A DNA stretch of 64,000 bases from Tidjanibacter sp. (GTDB lineage Bacteria > Bacteroidota > Bacteroidia > Bacteroidales > Rikenellaceae): contig DBFWXZ010000026.1 in assembly GCA_048214935.1 (NCBI GenBank), forward strand, positions 346,173 to 410,172. Reading direction: 5' to 3'. Both the position numbers and the translations under genes were made by a program. The notes under the pieces were generated by a model that had not been told where the DNA came from, ran no database searches, and saw only the letters and a list, made by a program, of their open reading frames with translations. Numbering within the stretch: position 1 is the stretch's first letter; every line of letters starts with the position of its first letter. Positions 63,658 to 64,000 of the stretch are shown here, one piece after another.

Positions 63658-64000
63658 TTATTTTTCCGCTACCACCGGCGGGTGCTCTCCTTCGTGCAGC
63701 GGAATGCCTCTCCGCTCTATTTCCCTCATTATATTGCTGTGCCGCACCGCGTTCATCTTCATGGAAAAGAATACCATGGCCCGCGAGCGTTGCTCGTGGA
63801 GCGACATTTCCCGCACTATCTCTATGCGCTGGAGCCGCTGGTAATCGAATACGTGTCCTATATACAGGAATATCAACAGTATGCACCAGGCCGCCAATGG
63901 ATACCAACCCCGGGCCGACTCGTGCCGGAGGATTTCTCCGGTGATTACGTCGCTTACTCCGCGTGCGAAGCCTCTGACTTTACGTGCATTCGGTGCGGCT
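63658..64000 (-). CDS. ftsL: FtsL-like cell division protein (5' end lies right of the window)
   Basis: The frame is open to the window edge; the track 'M' at 63897 is an internal TTG. It has one TM helix (WYPLAAWCILLIFLYIGHVF), then a coiled-coil-like stretch, and sits directly upstream of ftsI. Confidence 0.55.
   Translation of the reverse strand, partial: AAPNARKVRGFARGVSDVITGEILRHESARGWYPLAAWCILLIFLYIGHVFDYQRLQRIEIVREMSLHEQRSRAMVFFSMKMNAVRHSNIMREIERRGIPLHEGEHPPVVAEK

Overview
The window is a 64-kb chromosomal segment of a Bacteroidota genome. It looks Bacteroidales, Alistipes/Rikenellaceae-like; this taxon call is inference from the many Cys-lipobox lipoproteins, TAnnTTTG promoter boxes, a murF-less dcw cluster and visibly high GC. 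Layout: (i) 1-5.1 kb is the right arm of a prophage, running from a truncated portal gene through small structural ORFs, a LamG tail fibre and a holin/endolysin lysis cassette. (ii) 5.2-5.9 kb holds two divergent tRNA-Leu genes around an AT-rich spacer. (iii) 6-25 kb is mixed accessory/housekeeping: alpha/beta hydrolase, AraC regulator, GH29 fucosidase plus a transglutaminase-fold lipoprotein, cutC, a cytoplasmic hybrid sensor kinase, rplY-pth, an FGE-domain lipoprotein with three 243-bp repeats, tRNA-Thr, a threonine-dehydrogenase-like SDR and a FISUMP-like lipoprotein. (iv) 25-49.8 kb is core metabolism: thrS-infC, pdxA, a repeat-rich outer-membrane protein, an operon of glutaminyl cyclase, metH, M20 amidohydrolase and a TrmH-like methyltransferase, then serS, ferredoxin, a radical-SAM enzyme, birA, dapD, prolyl oligopeptidase, lysC, ung, kdsD-kdsA, a PPTase and a CNNM/GldE-like protein. 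(v) 49.8-64 kb is the dcw cluster, on the minus strand, in the order ftsL-ftsI-murE-mraY-murD-ftsW-murG-murC-ftsQ-ftsA-ftsZ. I saw no rRNA, CRISPR array, transposase, integrase, reverse transcriptase or recognisable defence system. I found no convincing novel multi-gene system. The best leads are the odd last gene of the phage lysis cassette (a possible inverted unimolecular spanin), the GH29 + transglutaminase-fold lipoprotein pair, two repeat-built surface proteins, an orphan promoter-terminator pair that could be an sRNA, a 600-bp unexplained noncoding block, and a probable ATA start for infC. The many long antisense ORFs in the track are codon-aligned shadows, not genes.
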